Of a DNA stretch of 64,000 nucleotides, positions 21,236 to 31,124 are shown piece after piece (position 1 is the stretch's first letter; the number at the start of each line of letters is the position of its first letter). A program made the position numbers and the translations under genes. The stretch covers positions 1,024,001 to 1,088,000 of the forward strand of contig CBDDDZ010000005.1 of the NCBI GenBank assembly GCA_965226795.1, given 5' to 3'. This stretch comes from Candidatus Latescibacterota bacterium. Lineage in GTDB: Bacteria > Latescibacterota > UBA2968 > GCA-2709665. A model generated the notes under the pieces. The model ran no database searches. It was given only the letters and a program-made list of their open reading frames with translations, and was not told where the DNA came from.

Positions 21236-22279
21236 CTAAAGGATTTGAACACCGGAACCCGGGTCGTTGACAACTTCACCCACGACGTAGCCTGTCTCTC
21301 CGTTTCGTCTCAACTGTTCGATCGCTCTTTCAGCCTGACTGGAAGGGACGACAAGCACCAGGCCCAGACCCATATTGAACACACGAAACATCTCGTCGAT
21401 TTCAATGTCGTCGTCCACCTTCTGTAACAGGTTGAATACAGGCAACTCGGGCCAGGTTCCCCGGAAAACACGTGCGCCCAGCCCATCCGGAAGGGTGCGC
21501 GGCAGGTTGTCGACAAGTCCTCCGCCGGTGATGTGGGCCATCCCCCGTACCTGCACGGCTTCCATAAGACTGAAGGCCGATGATACGTAACTCCGGTGAG
21601 GGGCCAGCAGGGCATCGCCGATTGTACCGCCGAGTTCACCCAGGTGGGTGTCGACGGTCCATCCTGCGGTTTGGAAGAAAAGTTTGCGCGCCAGGGCATA
21701 ACCGTTGGTGTGGAGGCCGTACGACGGCAGACCGATGAGCTTGTCGCCCGGCTGTACCCGGGAGCCATCCAGAATTTCTTCCCGGTTGACAATGCCGACG
21801 ATAGTACCCGCCAGGTCGTATTCGCCGTCGGCATAGAAATCCGCCATTTCCGCCATTTCCCCGCCCAGAAGCGCGCAACCGCAGGCTTTACATCCGTTTG
21901 CGATTCCCTCGATGACGGCCTCGGCCACGACGGTGTCGTGTTTCCCCATGGCCAGGTAGTCCATAAAAAAAAGGGGGCGCGCCCCTTGTACAAGTATGTC
22001 GTTGGCGCAGTGGGCCACAAGGTCCGCTCCGACCGTATTGTGGACACCCGTCATAAAAGCAATTTTGAGCTTCGTGCCGACACCATCCGTTCCTGCCACC
22101 AGGACGGGATCCCGGTAAGCCTCCCACTGCGGCGCAAAAAGGCCGCCGAATCCGCCAATGTCCGTGAGTACTTCAGGGCCGAATGTTGATCGTACCAGGC
22201 TGGAGATGCCTTTCTTGGTCCGACTGGCGCTCTCGATATCCACGCCGGCGGCGGTGTATGCGCCTGACTTTCCCTTCAT
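21236..22279 (-). CDS. purM: Phosphoribosylformylglycinamidine cyclo-ligase
   Basis: YTAAGVDI, DGVGTK, GGEMAEM, GLHTNG, HITGGG, FNMG. Confidence 0.97.
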   Translation of the reverse strand: MKGKSGAYTAAGVDIESASRTKKGISSLVRSTFGPEVLTDIGGFGGLFAPQWEAYRDPVLVAGTDGVGTKLKIAFMTGVHNTVGADLVAHCANDILVQGARPLFFMDYLAMGKHDTVVAEAVIEGIANGCKACGCALLGGEMAEMADFYADGEYDLAGTIVGIVNREEILDGSRVQPGDKLIGLPSYGLHTNGYALARKLFFQTAGWTVDTHLGELGGTIGDALLAPHRSYVSSAFSLMEAVQVRGMAHITGGGLVDNLPRTLPDGLGARVFRGTWPELPVFNLLQKVDDDIEIDEMFRVFNMGLGLVLVVPSSQAERAIEQLRRNGETGYVVGEVVNDPGSGVQIL

Positions 22280-22382
22280 AAGGTTACCTTCCATACTTCG
22301 TTTGTAAATTCATAAGGAAGGGGGACAGGGTAAAATGCAGGATTTTCAATCCACCTTACGATAGTGCGACGTTACGCCGGGC

Positions 22383-23348
22383 TCATTCGACTGCGCCGCA
22401 TTTCGACGGTGGGCAATGGGCGCGTTCGTCCGACCTGTTCGCATCGTCTCCCGGTGCAGCACACCCGGCACCGGAGGCCGCAACAATCTCTTCGGCCACA
22501 CGCGCGGCCCGACCGGCTGCTCCAACGTCATGCACGCGTACAATGTGAGCCCCGGCGGCCACGGAGAAACCCACCGCGGCCAGCGTGCCTTCCAGCCTTT
22601 CTTCCGGCGGAAGATCCAGCCGGGCTCCAATGAATTTTTTTCGCGACGGGCCCACCAGCAGAGGGCAGCCGAGATCATGGAGTTCCTCAAGCCGGGCGAG
22701 AATTTCAAAGTTATGGGTATTTCGTTTTCCGAATCCCAGACCGGGGTCAATCAGAATCCGGCCGGGAGCGATGCCGGCGTTGAGAGCTGAGGCCAGGCGA
22801 ACGTCGAGAAAATTGAAAATTTCGCGTATCACGTTGTGATACGACGGTTTGAACTGCATGGTTCGGGGCGTGCCCTTCATGTGCATAAGGACAACCGCGG
22901 CGCCCGATTGTGCGACAGTTTCGGCCATGAGAGGGTCGAAACGCATAGCGCTTATATCGTTGACGATGGATGCGCCCGACTGTATCGCTTTTTGGGCGAC
23001 AGCCGCTTTTGTGGTGTCGGCGGAAATGATCAGGTCTGTTCTGGATGCAATTTCTTCGATCACCGGCGCCGTGCGGCGGATTTCCTCTTCCGTTGAAACG
23101 GCAAGGGCTCCCGCACCGTACGTCCCTGCCGGACGGGTGGATTCGCCGCCCACGTCGATGATATCCGCACCCTCTTCAGCCATCCGTAGCGCACGGGCAA
23201 CGGCCTGTCGCGGTTCGAAATAACGTCCACCGTCGGCAAACGAATCGGGTGTGACGTTAAGAATCCCCATTATCAGGGTTCGTGAGCCCAGGTGGAGGAT
23301 GTTGCCCCGGCAGTCGAGCTGGTGCGTGGGGGAGGTTATGTATCGCAT
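22383..23348 (-). CDS. folP: Dihydropteroate synthase
   Basis: MGILNVTPDSF, GGESTRP, DPGLGFGK, SRKKFIG, RVHDV. Start uncertain. Confidence 0.96.
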   Translation of the reverse strand: MRYITSPTHQLDCRGNILHLGSRTLIMGILNVTPDSFADGGRYFEPRQAVARALRMAEEGADIIDVGGESTRPAGTYGAGALAVSTEEEIRRTAPVIEEIASRTDLIISADTTKAAVAQKAIQSGASIVNDISAMRFDPLMAETVAQSGAAVVLMHMKGTPRTMQFKPSYHNVIREIFNFLDVRLASALNAGIAPGRILIDPGLGFGKRNTHNFEILARLEELHDLGCPLLVGPSRKKFIGARLDLPPEERLEGTLAAVGFSVAAGAHIVRVHDVGAAGRAARVAEEIVAASGAGCAAPGDDANRSDERAHCPPSKCGAVE

Positions 23349-23426
23349 CGGAAATGTGGACATGCAAAAGGGATGGCAAAATGACACGGCTTTTTACCAT
23401 CCCTTCCTGAAATTTAAGTAAAGCGT

Positions 23427-25574
23427 TTACTCTTCGTTATCGGATGCTTCCTGCGATTCGGCTGTCTGTTCGCCCGCGGAAGGCGCGTCCGGCTCCTCGA
23501 CATCGGCGGCTGCATCCTGCCTGCGCCGTCCGTTTTGAGATTGGGACGGTTCAGATGGTTTTTGCAGCTTTTCTCCAGCCAGAATACGGTCGAGTTGGGA
23601 GTCATCCAGCACTTCGAACTCCAGAAGCGCATCCGCCAGAATGTGGACCTGAGCGATATTCTCACGCAGCAGTGTTTCCGCCCGTTCTTCCGCGGCGAAG
23701 ACGAAGTTGCGGATTTCGTCGTCTATGACCTGTGAGACTTTTTCACTGAAATCCCGGCGCTGGGCCAATTCACGACCGAGGAAGATCTCATCCTGTCTGT
23801 TTCCGTAGGATACGGGACCCAATTCCTCGCTCATGCCCCAGTCGCAGATCATCCGGCGCGCCAGGTCGGTGGCCATCTTATAGTCCTGCTGACCGCCGCT
23901 GGAAACTTCCCCGAAGACGATTTTTTCCGCCACCCGGCCACCCAACGCATAAGTGAGAACGGCGTCGCTGTAGCTCTTGGAATAGTTGTGGCGTTCGTCG
24001 ATGGGTAGATACGTGGTCAACCCGAGGGATTGGCCGCGGGGAATAATGGTGACCTTATGCACCGGATCGGCCTCGGGAACGAGTTTGGCCACCAGAGCAT
24101 GACCGATTTCGTGGTATGCCGTACGCTTCTTTTCCGAGTCGGAAATGACCAGACTACGCCTTTCTACGCCCATAATGACCTTGTCTTTGGCATTCTCGAA
24201 GTCATCCATAATCACAGAGGGCCGGTCGTACCTGGAGGCGAGCAATGCGGCCTCGTTGACCAGGTTTTCCAGGTCGGCCTGGGAAAAGCCGGGCGTAGCC
24301 CGTGCGAGAACGGTCAGGTCGACGTCCTTGTCCAACGGGGTATTCCGGATGTGGACTTTCAGCACACCCTCCCGGCCCTTGACGTCGGGCCGGTCCACAA
24401 CCACCTGTCGGTCGAAGCGGCCCGGACGCAGCAGGGCCGGATCGAGGACGTCGGGCCGGTTGGTGGCGGCAATGAGGATGACCCCCTCCTTGGAGTCAAA
24501 TCCGTCCATTTCAACCAGCAACTGGTTGAGCGTCTGCTCCCGCTCGTCGTGCCCCCCCCCGATGCCGGCGCCCCGGTGTCGCCCCACAGCGTCTATTTCG
24601 TCTATGAAGATGATGCAGGGTGCATTGGCTTTTCCCTGTTCGAACAGGTCGCGAACACGGGAGGCGCCAACGCCGACGAACATTTCGACAAAGTCGGAGC
24701 CGCTCATGCTGTAGAATGGTACGTCGGCCTCGCCTGCCACCGCTTTGGCCATATACGTCTTGCCGGTACCCGGCGGTCCGACAAGGAGCACACCCTTCGG
24801 GATTCGGCCGCCGAGCCGCTGGAATTTTCGGGGATCCTTTAGGTACTCGATGATCTCCTGGAGTTCCTGTTTGGCCTCGTCCGATCCGGCAACTTCTTTA
24901 AAGGTGACCTTTGGGCGGTCTTCGGAAAACAGCTTCGCCCTGCTCTTGCCGAAGCTGAACGCACCCTTGGCACCTCCCTGCATCTGACGGAAGATGAACA
25001 GCCAGAGGCCGACGAAGAGCAGCCACGGCAGGAAGTTAAAGAAGACCTTCAACCAGTCGAAGGGTTTTTCCTCGAAGCGGAAGTCGATTTCGTATTTTTC
25101 CCAGTCGGCGATTGCCTCTTCGCCGATGACGCCCAGGTTGACCACAAAGGTGCGATAGGCCTGCTGCTCGCCCCGACTGCTCGTATATTCGGGTTCGCGC
25201 AATGTGCCGTGAAAATCGCTGTCGATGATGATGGCGCTTTCGATCTTGCCCTGTTTCATCAGGGTCCGGTACTCCTTGTAGCTGAGTACGACGTCACCCG
25301 AGCCGGTACTGCTTCCGAAGAAGCGGGTTGCGAAGAGGGCGACAAGTACAAAAAAGACCCAGAATGCAAGCGTTTTTGAGCGCCGCCGCCACTCATGGCC
25401 GTCGTTTTCGGGCGTTGACCCGGGCTCACGGTTTTGCCGTGGGCGCTGTCGGCTTCGCGGGGCCTCCGACGCTTCCGGGTTGTCGTCAGATTCAGGTTTC
25501 AGCTCCGGTACGGGCGGCGATTTTTCTTTCCGCTCCGCAGCCGGGGTTTCTTCCTGGTCTTTACTTTCAGCCAT
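23427..25574 (-). CDS. ftsH: ATP-dependent zinc metalloprotease FtsH
   Basis: Two TM helices, [16 protein letters not shown] zinc motif. Confidence 0.98.
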   Translation of the reverse strand: MAESKDQEETPAAERKEKSPPVPELKPESDDNPEASEAPRSRQRPRQNREPGSTPENDGHEWRRRSKTLAFWVFFVLVALFATRFFGSSTGSGDVVLSYKEYRTLMKQGKIESAIIIDSDFHGTLREPEYTSSRGEQQAYRTFVVNLGVIGEEAIADWEKYEIDFRFEEKPFDWLKVFFNFLPWLLFVGLWLFIFRQMQGGAKGAFSFGKSRAKLFSEDRPKVTFKEVAGSDEAKQELQEIIEYLKDPRKFQRLGGRIPKGVLLVGPPGTGKTYMAKAVAGEADVPFYSMSGSDFVEMFVGVGASRVRDLFEQGKANAPCIIFIDEIDAVGRHRGAGIGGGHDEREQTLNQLLVEMDGFDSKEGVILIAATNRPDVLDPALLRPGRFDRQVVVDRPDVKGREGVLKVHIRNTPLDKDVDLTVLARATPGFSQADLENLVNEAALLASRYDRPSVIMDDFENAKDKVIMGVERRSLVISDSEKKRTAYHEIGHALVAKLVPEADPVHKVTIIPRGQSLGLTTYLPIDERHNYSKSYSDAVLTYALGGRVAEKIVFGEVSSGGQQDYKMATDLARRMICDWGMSEELGPVSYGNRQDEIFLGRELAQRRDFSEKVSQVIDDEIRNFVFAAEERAETLLRENIAQVHILADALLEFEVLDDSQLDRILAGEKLQKPSEPSQSQNGRRRQDAAADVEEPDAPSAGEQTAESQEASDNEE

Positions 25575-25597
25575 AAAAACCGCCTTGACAATAATAC

Positions 25598-27022
25598 TCA
25601 AGAGGAGGCGATTACGCCTCCCCAGCCACCCTTGAAGGTGATGTCCAGCACCGTTTTCGCCCGATGCGTGACGGCTGTGGACTGGGCCGTGCGCAAGCCG
25701 ACCACCCAGAGAATGGCCTGACCGCCCAGTAGCAGCGGAATTTCGTCGCGCAACGGTCTGGGAATCTTCAGGTTGATAAACAGGTCGCTGATTTTTTGTG
25801 TTCCATTCAGGCCGAACGGTCTGAATCGATCCGCCCGCCGCCGATTTCTCAGAGTCAGCCCGCCGGGAAGTGCATCCCAGTCGAAACAGGCGTGATACGG
25901 ATCGGACGATAGATCGTCCCTTCGCACCTGGCTGGCCGGCCGGATCCTCGTCTCCAGAACCGCGCCGATTTCCGCTATTTCGGTGATGCCCGGAACGGCG
26001 ACCTCGGTCGAGAAAAACGGCGTTGGCCGACTAAGGATCAGCCATGGACTCGAACGATGAGCGGAGATATCGGAAGACACCTGAACCACGCCTTCAGGCG
26101 TCAAACGCAGGGCTTCCATGCGACTGACACTCTGCCCATCAAGCGCACGCGCACAGCCACGAAGACGGAAAAAAGCCGTTTTGAAGATTCGACGCTGAAG
26201 TGCTATATGATAACCGAAAACGGCGTTTTCATCAAGGATTATTTTTCGCCTGCTCTCATAACGCAAGGCCTTTCGATACGCCGATTCCGCCTGCTGGCCG
26301 AGCAGTTGATCTTCCCCCTGGATGATCTCCGCGGACCTGGCCAGGGCCGCTTCAATGGCTGGGTTGTATGCTGAAGCGATCTCCGGAAGAAGATGATGCC
26401 GGATCCGGTTTCGAAGGAAGCGGACGTCGGCGTTGGAAATGTCGTGGCGCACCTGCAGGTTTCGGTGTTCGACATAAGCCTGTATCTGTTGTCGCGAGAC
26501 CGCCAGGAGGGGACGGATCCAGAGACCGTCGCGGATCGGGCGGATCGCGCCGAGTCCGGTTGGACCGGCGCCGCGGACCAACCGTATCAATACGGTTTCG
26601 GCCTGATCGCTGCGGGTATGGCCCAAAGCGATCCGGGAAGCGCCGGTGACGCGCTGGACCCTTTTGAGAAATGCGAGGCGCACGTCACGCGCAGTTTGTT
26701 CAAGAGAACACCCTGCGGGCAGGATCGCCTCTTCGGAGAAGCACGGGAGATCCCTGGTGGCGGCGAGGTCCGTCACAAATTGTTGGTCGGCATCCGACGC
26801 CGGGCCCCTGAGTTTATGGTTGAGGTGGGCGACGTAGAGCGTGATGTCGAGAGACTTCCGAAGCCGGAATAGCACATCCAGCAGCGATACCGAATCCGGG
26901 CCGCCCGATACGCCGATCACTATGCCGTGGCCGGGCCGGATCAATACGTGCCGGTCAATGTACGATCGCATGGCCGGAAGCAGGTCAGGTGTGTCGGAAA
27001 TGGGTCCGGCGTGAGGTTCCAT
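25598..27022 (-). CDS. tilS: tRNA(Ile)-lysidine synthetase
   Basis: SGGPDS, HLNHKLR, GHTRSDQAET, RPLL, RNRIR, TilS C-terminal domain. Start uncertain. Confidence 0.95.
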   Translation of the reverse strand: MEPHAGPISDTPDLLPAMRSYIDRHVLIRPGHGIVIGVSGGPDSVSLLDVLFRLRKSLDITLYVAHLNHKLRGPASDADQQFVTDLAATRDLPCFSEEAILPAGCSLEQTARDVRLAFLKRVQRVTGASRIALGHTRSDQAETVLIRLVRGAGPTGLGAIRPIRDGLWIRPLLAVSRQQIQAYVEHRNLQVRHDISNADVRFLRNRIRHHLLPEIASAYNPAIEAALARSAEIIQGEDQLLGQQAESAYRKALRYESRRKIILDENAVFGYHIALQRRIFKTAFFRLRGCARALDGQSVSRMEALRLTPEGVVQVSSDISAHRSSPWLILSRPTPFFSTEVAVPGITEIAEIGAVLETRIRPASQVRRDDLSSDPYHACFDWDALPGGLTLRNRRRADRFRPFGLNGTQKISDLFINLKIPRPLRDEIPLLLGGQAILWVVGLRTAQSTAVTHRAKTVLDITFKGGWGGVIASS

Positions 27023-27312
27023 GGGTGGAAATCCTGAATCTGCAGAAACGAATGGGCAGGGGGCTTCGCCTTTTTTGAGACGCAACGCCCGGTAAACGCC
27101 TTACGCCCCTCCGCCCGGCGCAGAGTTCCCGGTCACCCCGGGCTAAGAATCTGGAATTGGGATGTTGTATTGTCTATCTGTTTATTAGACGCTGGATAAA
27201 TCGGTTCGGTTTCTGAAAAACCGGACTCGGGATATCGAATCGAGCCTTCGATTGCTTCCTATTCAGCCGTGCCGGATAGGAGATAGACGACTAATGTCAC
27301 CGAAGCTAAGGA

Positions 27313-27350
27313 ACGAAAAAGACACGCTGAATTCAGCGTGTCTTTTTCGT
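27313..27350. terminator. Perfect 38-bp palindrome, bidirectional intrinsic terminator-like
   Basis: ACGAAAAAGACACGCTGAATTCAGCGTGTCTTTTTCGT, 17 nt downstream of the selenoprotein stop, with A/T tracts on both sides. Confidence 0.8.
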
Positions 27351-27367
27351 GAATAATCCGGCGGAAC

Positions 27368-28354
27368 TCAGGGCACGCGTTTGCCGAAGTTCTTTGCGAA
27401 TTCCAAAAAGTCCGGGAAGTCGACCAGACCGTTCCCGTTCAGGTCGTAGGTAATGTTGTTTGTGTTGAAGGCCTGGGCAAAGGCGATGAAGTCTCTGAAC
27501 CCGATTTCGCCGTCACCGTCGAAGTCGGCCCGGGCGTCGCCGTAGACAATGATGGCCGTTCCCGACAGGGTGACGGTAACGCTGCTGTTTTCAGGATCGT
27601 TGCTCAGGATGGTAACGGTGCCGGAGAAGGGGCCGGCATCGGCGGGCGTGAACGTGATTTCGACCGTCGCGCTGTCGCCCGACGCAATCAGTAGCTCGGT
27701 TTGACTGACGGAGGTCCCGTCGAGGTCGGATTGTATGCTGGTAATGTCGAGGTCGTTCCCGCCGGTATTGTGCACCACAAGGGTGAGGGTGTGAGACACT
27801 CCCGCCGGAACGTCCTCACCGAAGTCGAGTGATGGGTTGGGGAGCGTGATAGCTGGCGCCTGAGGGGTTAGCAATTCCCGGATACGCGCCGCCGTGGCGC
27901 TAAGACCGGAAGTCGTGCGCCCCCCGATGTGGCGGATGATCCCTGCTCGGTCCGCGACCAGCAACGTGTGGACGCCGCGGGAGGTCTGAATCTTGCCGCT
28001 GGCCTGCAACAGGAGCGGGAATGTGACCTTGGTCGTTGCTTGAAAGCCTTCCAGTTGCGACTTGTTGCCATTATATAGGTCAAGCCCCAGGACCGTTACG
28101 CCATCGTCCTGGAACGCCTTCCAGATCTGCTGTTCTATGGACGGACCCGCCCCTATGCATGTGGGTCAGTTATGGCCCAGAAAATAGAGGACTAAGACAC
28201 TGCCCTTGTAATTCGCCGGGGTGTAGGTTTTTCCATCCAACCCCGTAAGCGAGAAACTGGGTACCGCGTCGCCGACTTCCTGTGCTTCCGCGGGTCCCAA
28301 CGGGTAGAGTCCCAGGAGCAGCAGGAACACGACGCACGTAGCGATTCGACTCAT
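27368..28354 (-). CDS. Exported selenoprotein: redoxin (TlpA/AhpC-TSA-like, UxxC) + Ig-like (ASH/choice-of-anchor D-like) + twin EF-hand/dockerin-like domain, 328 aa
   Basis: AAAGGAGG RBS and signal peptide MSRIAT...AEA; in-frame TGA (28166-28168) in FLGHN-U-PTC; the frame stays open and redoxin-like (IWKAFQDDGVTVLGLD...TFPLL) into ORF 27368..28009; SECIS-like hairpin follows the TGA. Confidence 0.85.
28136..28165 (-). promoter_or_regulatory. Bacterial SECIS element
   Basis: After UGA: CCCACAUGCAUAG-GGGCG-GGUC-CGUCC; stem starts ~13 nt after UGA with a GGUC apical loop, as in E. coli fdhF. Confidence 0.75.
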
Positions 28355-28388
28355 CGCAATCCTCCTTTGAGAGAGTGTGTGGTCTGCG

Positions 28389-29972
28389 TCAGAAATGGGT
28401 TTTGAAACGCATTTCAAGACCGTTGAATGGCAGCACCTGATAGCATGTACCCGAAGTACATGCGACGCCGCCACGCCTGCGGCCGGCAAAAACGAGGGCT
28501 TCGTATCGATCGAGAAAGCGGACGTTCAGATTGACCGCCAACCAGGTGCGCGTCCCGGTCTCGATCCCATCCGACGTTGCGCCATCGTCCACTTCAAACG
28601 GATCGTCCGTGCGGTCCAGAACGAGGGCGGCGCCCACGCCGGACGGATGCTGGAATGAGAACTGGGTAAAGACATCCAAGAACGCCGGTTCGTTTCGTGG
28701 TAGCCTGGCCGCGCGCCGAACCTGCAGATCGACACCCACGACAGATCCGCCGGGTGTAATGGATTCGACCGCTGTGCCAGCGGTTCTGTGTTTCCCGATC
28801 CCCTTCAGTTCGTTTTTTCCCCAGTCGACGAACAGGTTGATTGAGATTGCGTGGCCCCGATCTTCGGACGGTAGGTCGACGTCCACGCCTAAGTACCGCT
28901 CGTTGAAGGTTTTCTCGAAGCCGGGCGCCAGCTCGTTCTCTCCCTTGCTTATGTTGGCCGTCAGCGTGCCCAGGCCGAATAGCGTATAAGTGGCTTCCGC
29001 CTGATAGCCCTTTTCGGTATCGGCAAGCACGGCGTGGGTAGATCTGTTGAGTAGCACGGCCGAATGTTCACGAACCAGGGATGGGGGATCGTTGAAACTG
29101 AAGGCGAAATTCTGATAGTCCTTGTATTCCAGGCTCAGGCCCAGGTTGGAAATACCGGAGTTGGCGGAAAGATAGATGGCGCTTCCGTCCACGTGAATGT
29201 CTTTCAGCCCGGCGTATTCGGCGTAGACAGCCGCGTAGGCGTCCGGCAGACCGGCTGCTTCTAATGCCGGAGCCATATCGAGTTCCAGGAATCCGGACCA
29301 TGTGAGGGTGGAGTCGAGCCTCCCGGCGTGATGGCTGACGGCGGTTACACCCGTTTTGATCGGGTTGGTGGGACGCAGCGAGATCTCGCCTCCGAGAAGC
29401 CAGTTGTCACGTCGCGGTACATCACGAAGCGGATTACCCACCCGCACCGCAGGCGGAACGTCACCCAATACGGGTCGTCCGATCAGGGCTCTGGCCTCGG
29501 TCCGCGGCCCCGCCCAGGTGGCTATGCCGCCCTCCAGGTCTCGCGATGGCGAATAGCGACGCCGGTATTGAGCGCTCTCCAGTATTACCCCCGGGAGATC
29601 GAAGGCCCTGAGCGTGATTCCCCGGCCCAGGATGGCGTAGTAGTTGCCCGTAACCAGTTCGGTGGGTCCGTTTGTCCATCGCAGGTGCTTCTGGGCAATA
29701 TGAACCACTCGGTATTCAACCTGCGACAGGCGCGAGCCGGGACCGATGTTGCGCCATGTGTTGAAAATTTCGGCCCGGAAACCGGCCTGGATCCCGTGCT
29801 GGATGTAGTCGACATCAAACTGTTCGTAAAGGTTGGAAACCGCAAGCGAATCCACGCCCGGTACCCGCCCGCGCTGCAGTTCGGTCAGGCTGGAAGCTGT
29901 AACCTGTGCTGCGGCGCGGTCGGCCATAAGGACAAGAAAAAGCGTCGCCAGTCTATTTATCGGCACGCGCAT
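28389..29972 (-). CDS. DUF6029-like outer-membrane beta-barrel with C-terminal Cys pair
   Basis: Signal peptide, GNYYAILGRGITLR, LEYKDY, C-terminal RRRGGVACTSGTCYQVLPFNGLEMRFKTHF ending in Phe. Confidence 0.75.
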   Translation of the reverse strand: MRVPINRLATLFLVLMADRAAAQVTASSLTELQRGRVPGVDSLAVSNLYEQFDVDYIQHGIQAGFRAEIFNTWRNIGPGSRLSQVEYRVVHIAQKHLRWTNGPTELVTGNYYAILGRGITLRAFDLPGVILESAQYRRRYSPSRDLEGGIATWAGPRTEARALIGRPVLGDVPPAVRVGNPLRDVPRRDNWLLGGEISLRPTNPIKTGVTAVSHHAGRLDSTLTWSGFLELDMAPALEAAGLPDAYAAVYAEYAGLKDIHVDGSAIYLSANSGISNLGLSLEYKDYQNFAFSFNDPPSLVREHSAVLLNRSTHAVLADTEKGYQAEATYTLFGLGTLTANISKGENELAPGFEKTFNERYLGVDVDLPSEDRGHAISINLFVDWGKNELKGIGKHRTAGTAVESITPGGSVVGVDLQVRRAARLPRNEPAFLDVFTQFSFQHPSGVGAALVLDRTDDPFEVDDGATSDGIETGTRTWLAVNLNVRFLDRYEALVFAGRRRGGVACTSGTCYQVLPFNGLEMRFKTHF

Positions 29973-30489
29973 CGGCGTTTGCCTCGTCGTCTCCGGGCTT
30001 GGAAAAGAGCGACTCTACTGCGGCCAACAACGCATCGGCATGTTTCGAATTGTATCCGACCTGCCTGAGCGCGATCTCGCCATTCTGCGTGATCAACAGC
30101 GTGGTTGGCAGGACATTGACCTGCATCCGCCGCATCACGGCGCTGTCGGAGTCGAGTGCGATTGGGAAGCTGACCTTTCGCGCCCGGAGAAAGGGTTTCA
30201 CCCTGTTCTGCCCGCGTGGCCCGTCCACGTTGACGCCAAGAACCGTGAGTCCGGATTTGCCGTATTTCTCGTGAATCTTCTGAAGCTTGGGCATCGCCTT
30301 GACGCAGGGCTTGCAATAAGTTGCCCAGAAATCCAGAAGTACGGGTCCTTTCGTGAGCAGGGCTTTGAGGTTGACCCGTTCGCCCTGCAGGTTCCGAAGG
30401 TTGAAGTCGGGCGCGGTGGCGGCATGTGTGGAAACGTCGCCGAGGGCGATCGCAAAGAATATAATAAACAATACGCGATTCAATTTCAT
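29953..30489 (-). CDS. TlpA-family periplasmic thiol-disulfide oxidoreductase
   Basis: Signal peptide, APDFNL, DFWATYCKPC, VLPTT cis-Pro loop. Confidence 0.92.
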   Translation of the reverse strand: MKLNRVLFIIFFAIALGDVSTHAATAPDFNLRNLQGERVNLKALLTKGPVLLDFWATYCKPCVKAMPKLQKIHEKYGKSGLTVLGVNVDGPRGQNRVKPFLRARKVSFPIALDSDSAVMRRMQVNVLPTTLLITQNGEIALRQVGYNSKHADALLAAVESLFSKPGDDEANADARADK

Positions 30490-30586
30490 GGGTAAAATCT
30501 CTTCGCTGGACTGCGCTGGGATAAGTGCAATGTAATTTATGCGTTAGATGCCGTGACGTCGCCGGGGTTTCAGGCCCGGGCCTCCC

Positions 30587-30646
30587 CGATTCGACGCAAA
30601 TTGCGTCGAATCGCTTAACAATAACCGAAAACTACCGCCATATCAA
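30587..30646 (-). promoter_or_regulatory. Sigma70-like promoter with 27-bp palindrome at the predicted TSS
   Basis: Minus strand TTGATA (30646-30641), 17 bp, TATTGT (30623-30618); palindrome CGATTCGACGCAA-A-TTGCGTCGAATCG at 30587-30613. Confidence 0.55.
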
Positions 30647-30932
30647 GGGCGATTTTACCCTTCCGGAACTCCGCCGGGCTGCGCGGCAAGGCGTATGCCA
30701 GCGGCTGTATGCCCGGAAGCCACGAAAGACGGACATCCATACGCAATTGGCCGGAATCACCTGGCGCCCGGATGTTTACAGGCCGTGGCAGCAAGGGCTT
30801 TGCGGGTGGGAAAGTGCCCGGTCAATCCGGTTTGTCGGACTGCCGGGACGCGCCGAAATAAGCTGAAATGCCTTGGTGCAAACGTGGGCAGCGCATGCAA
30901 CGAAGACCTCATTCCGGTCGATCCATTTCCGC

Positions 30933-30961
30933 TTGCAGCGTCTTTCCATTCAGCCTATATT
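30933..30961 (+). promoter_or_regulatory. Putative sigma70 promoter for the Gfo/Idh/MocA gene
   Basis: TTGCAG-17 bp-TATATT. Confidence 0.4.
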
Positions 30962-31124
30962 GACAATATATATCGCATTTGCGGGCGCCAGCCTGTGCTG
31001 AAATATGAGGGCAAGACGGCGCCAGGATCGCGACAAGCGCACGTTATCGTGTAATCAATAGCGGGATCGGGCGCCAGGCCGTCCGTTTTGTGGACGGTCG
31101 TTGAATTTCAATGGAAGGGTCGCT

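Noticed and set aside
23427..27022. No hpt between tilS and ftsH
   Set aside because: Common gene-order variation; not informative.
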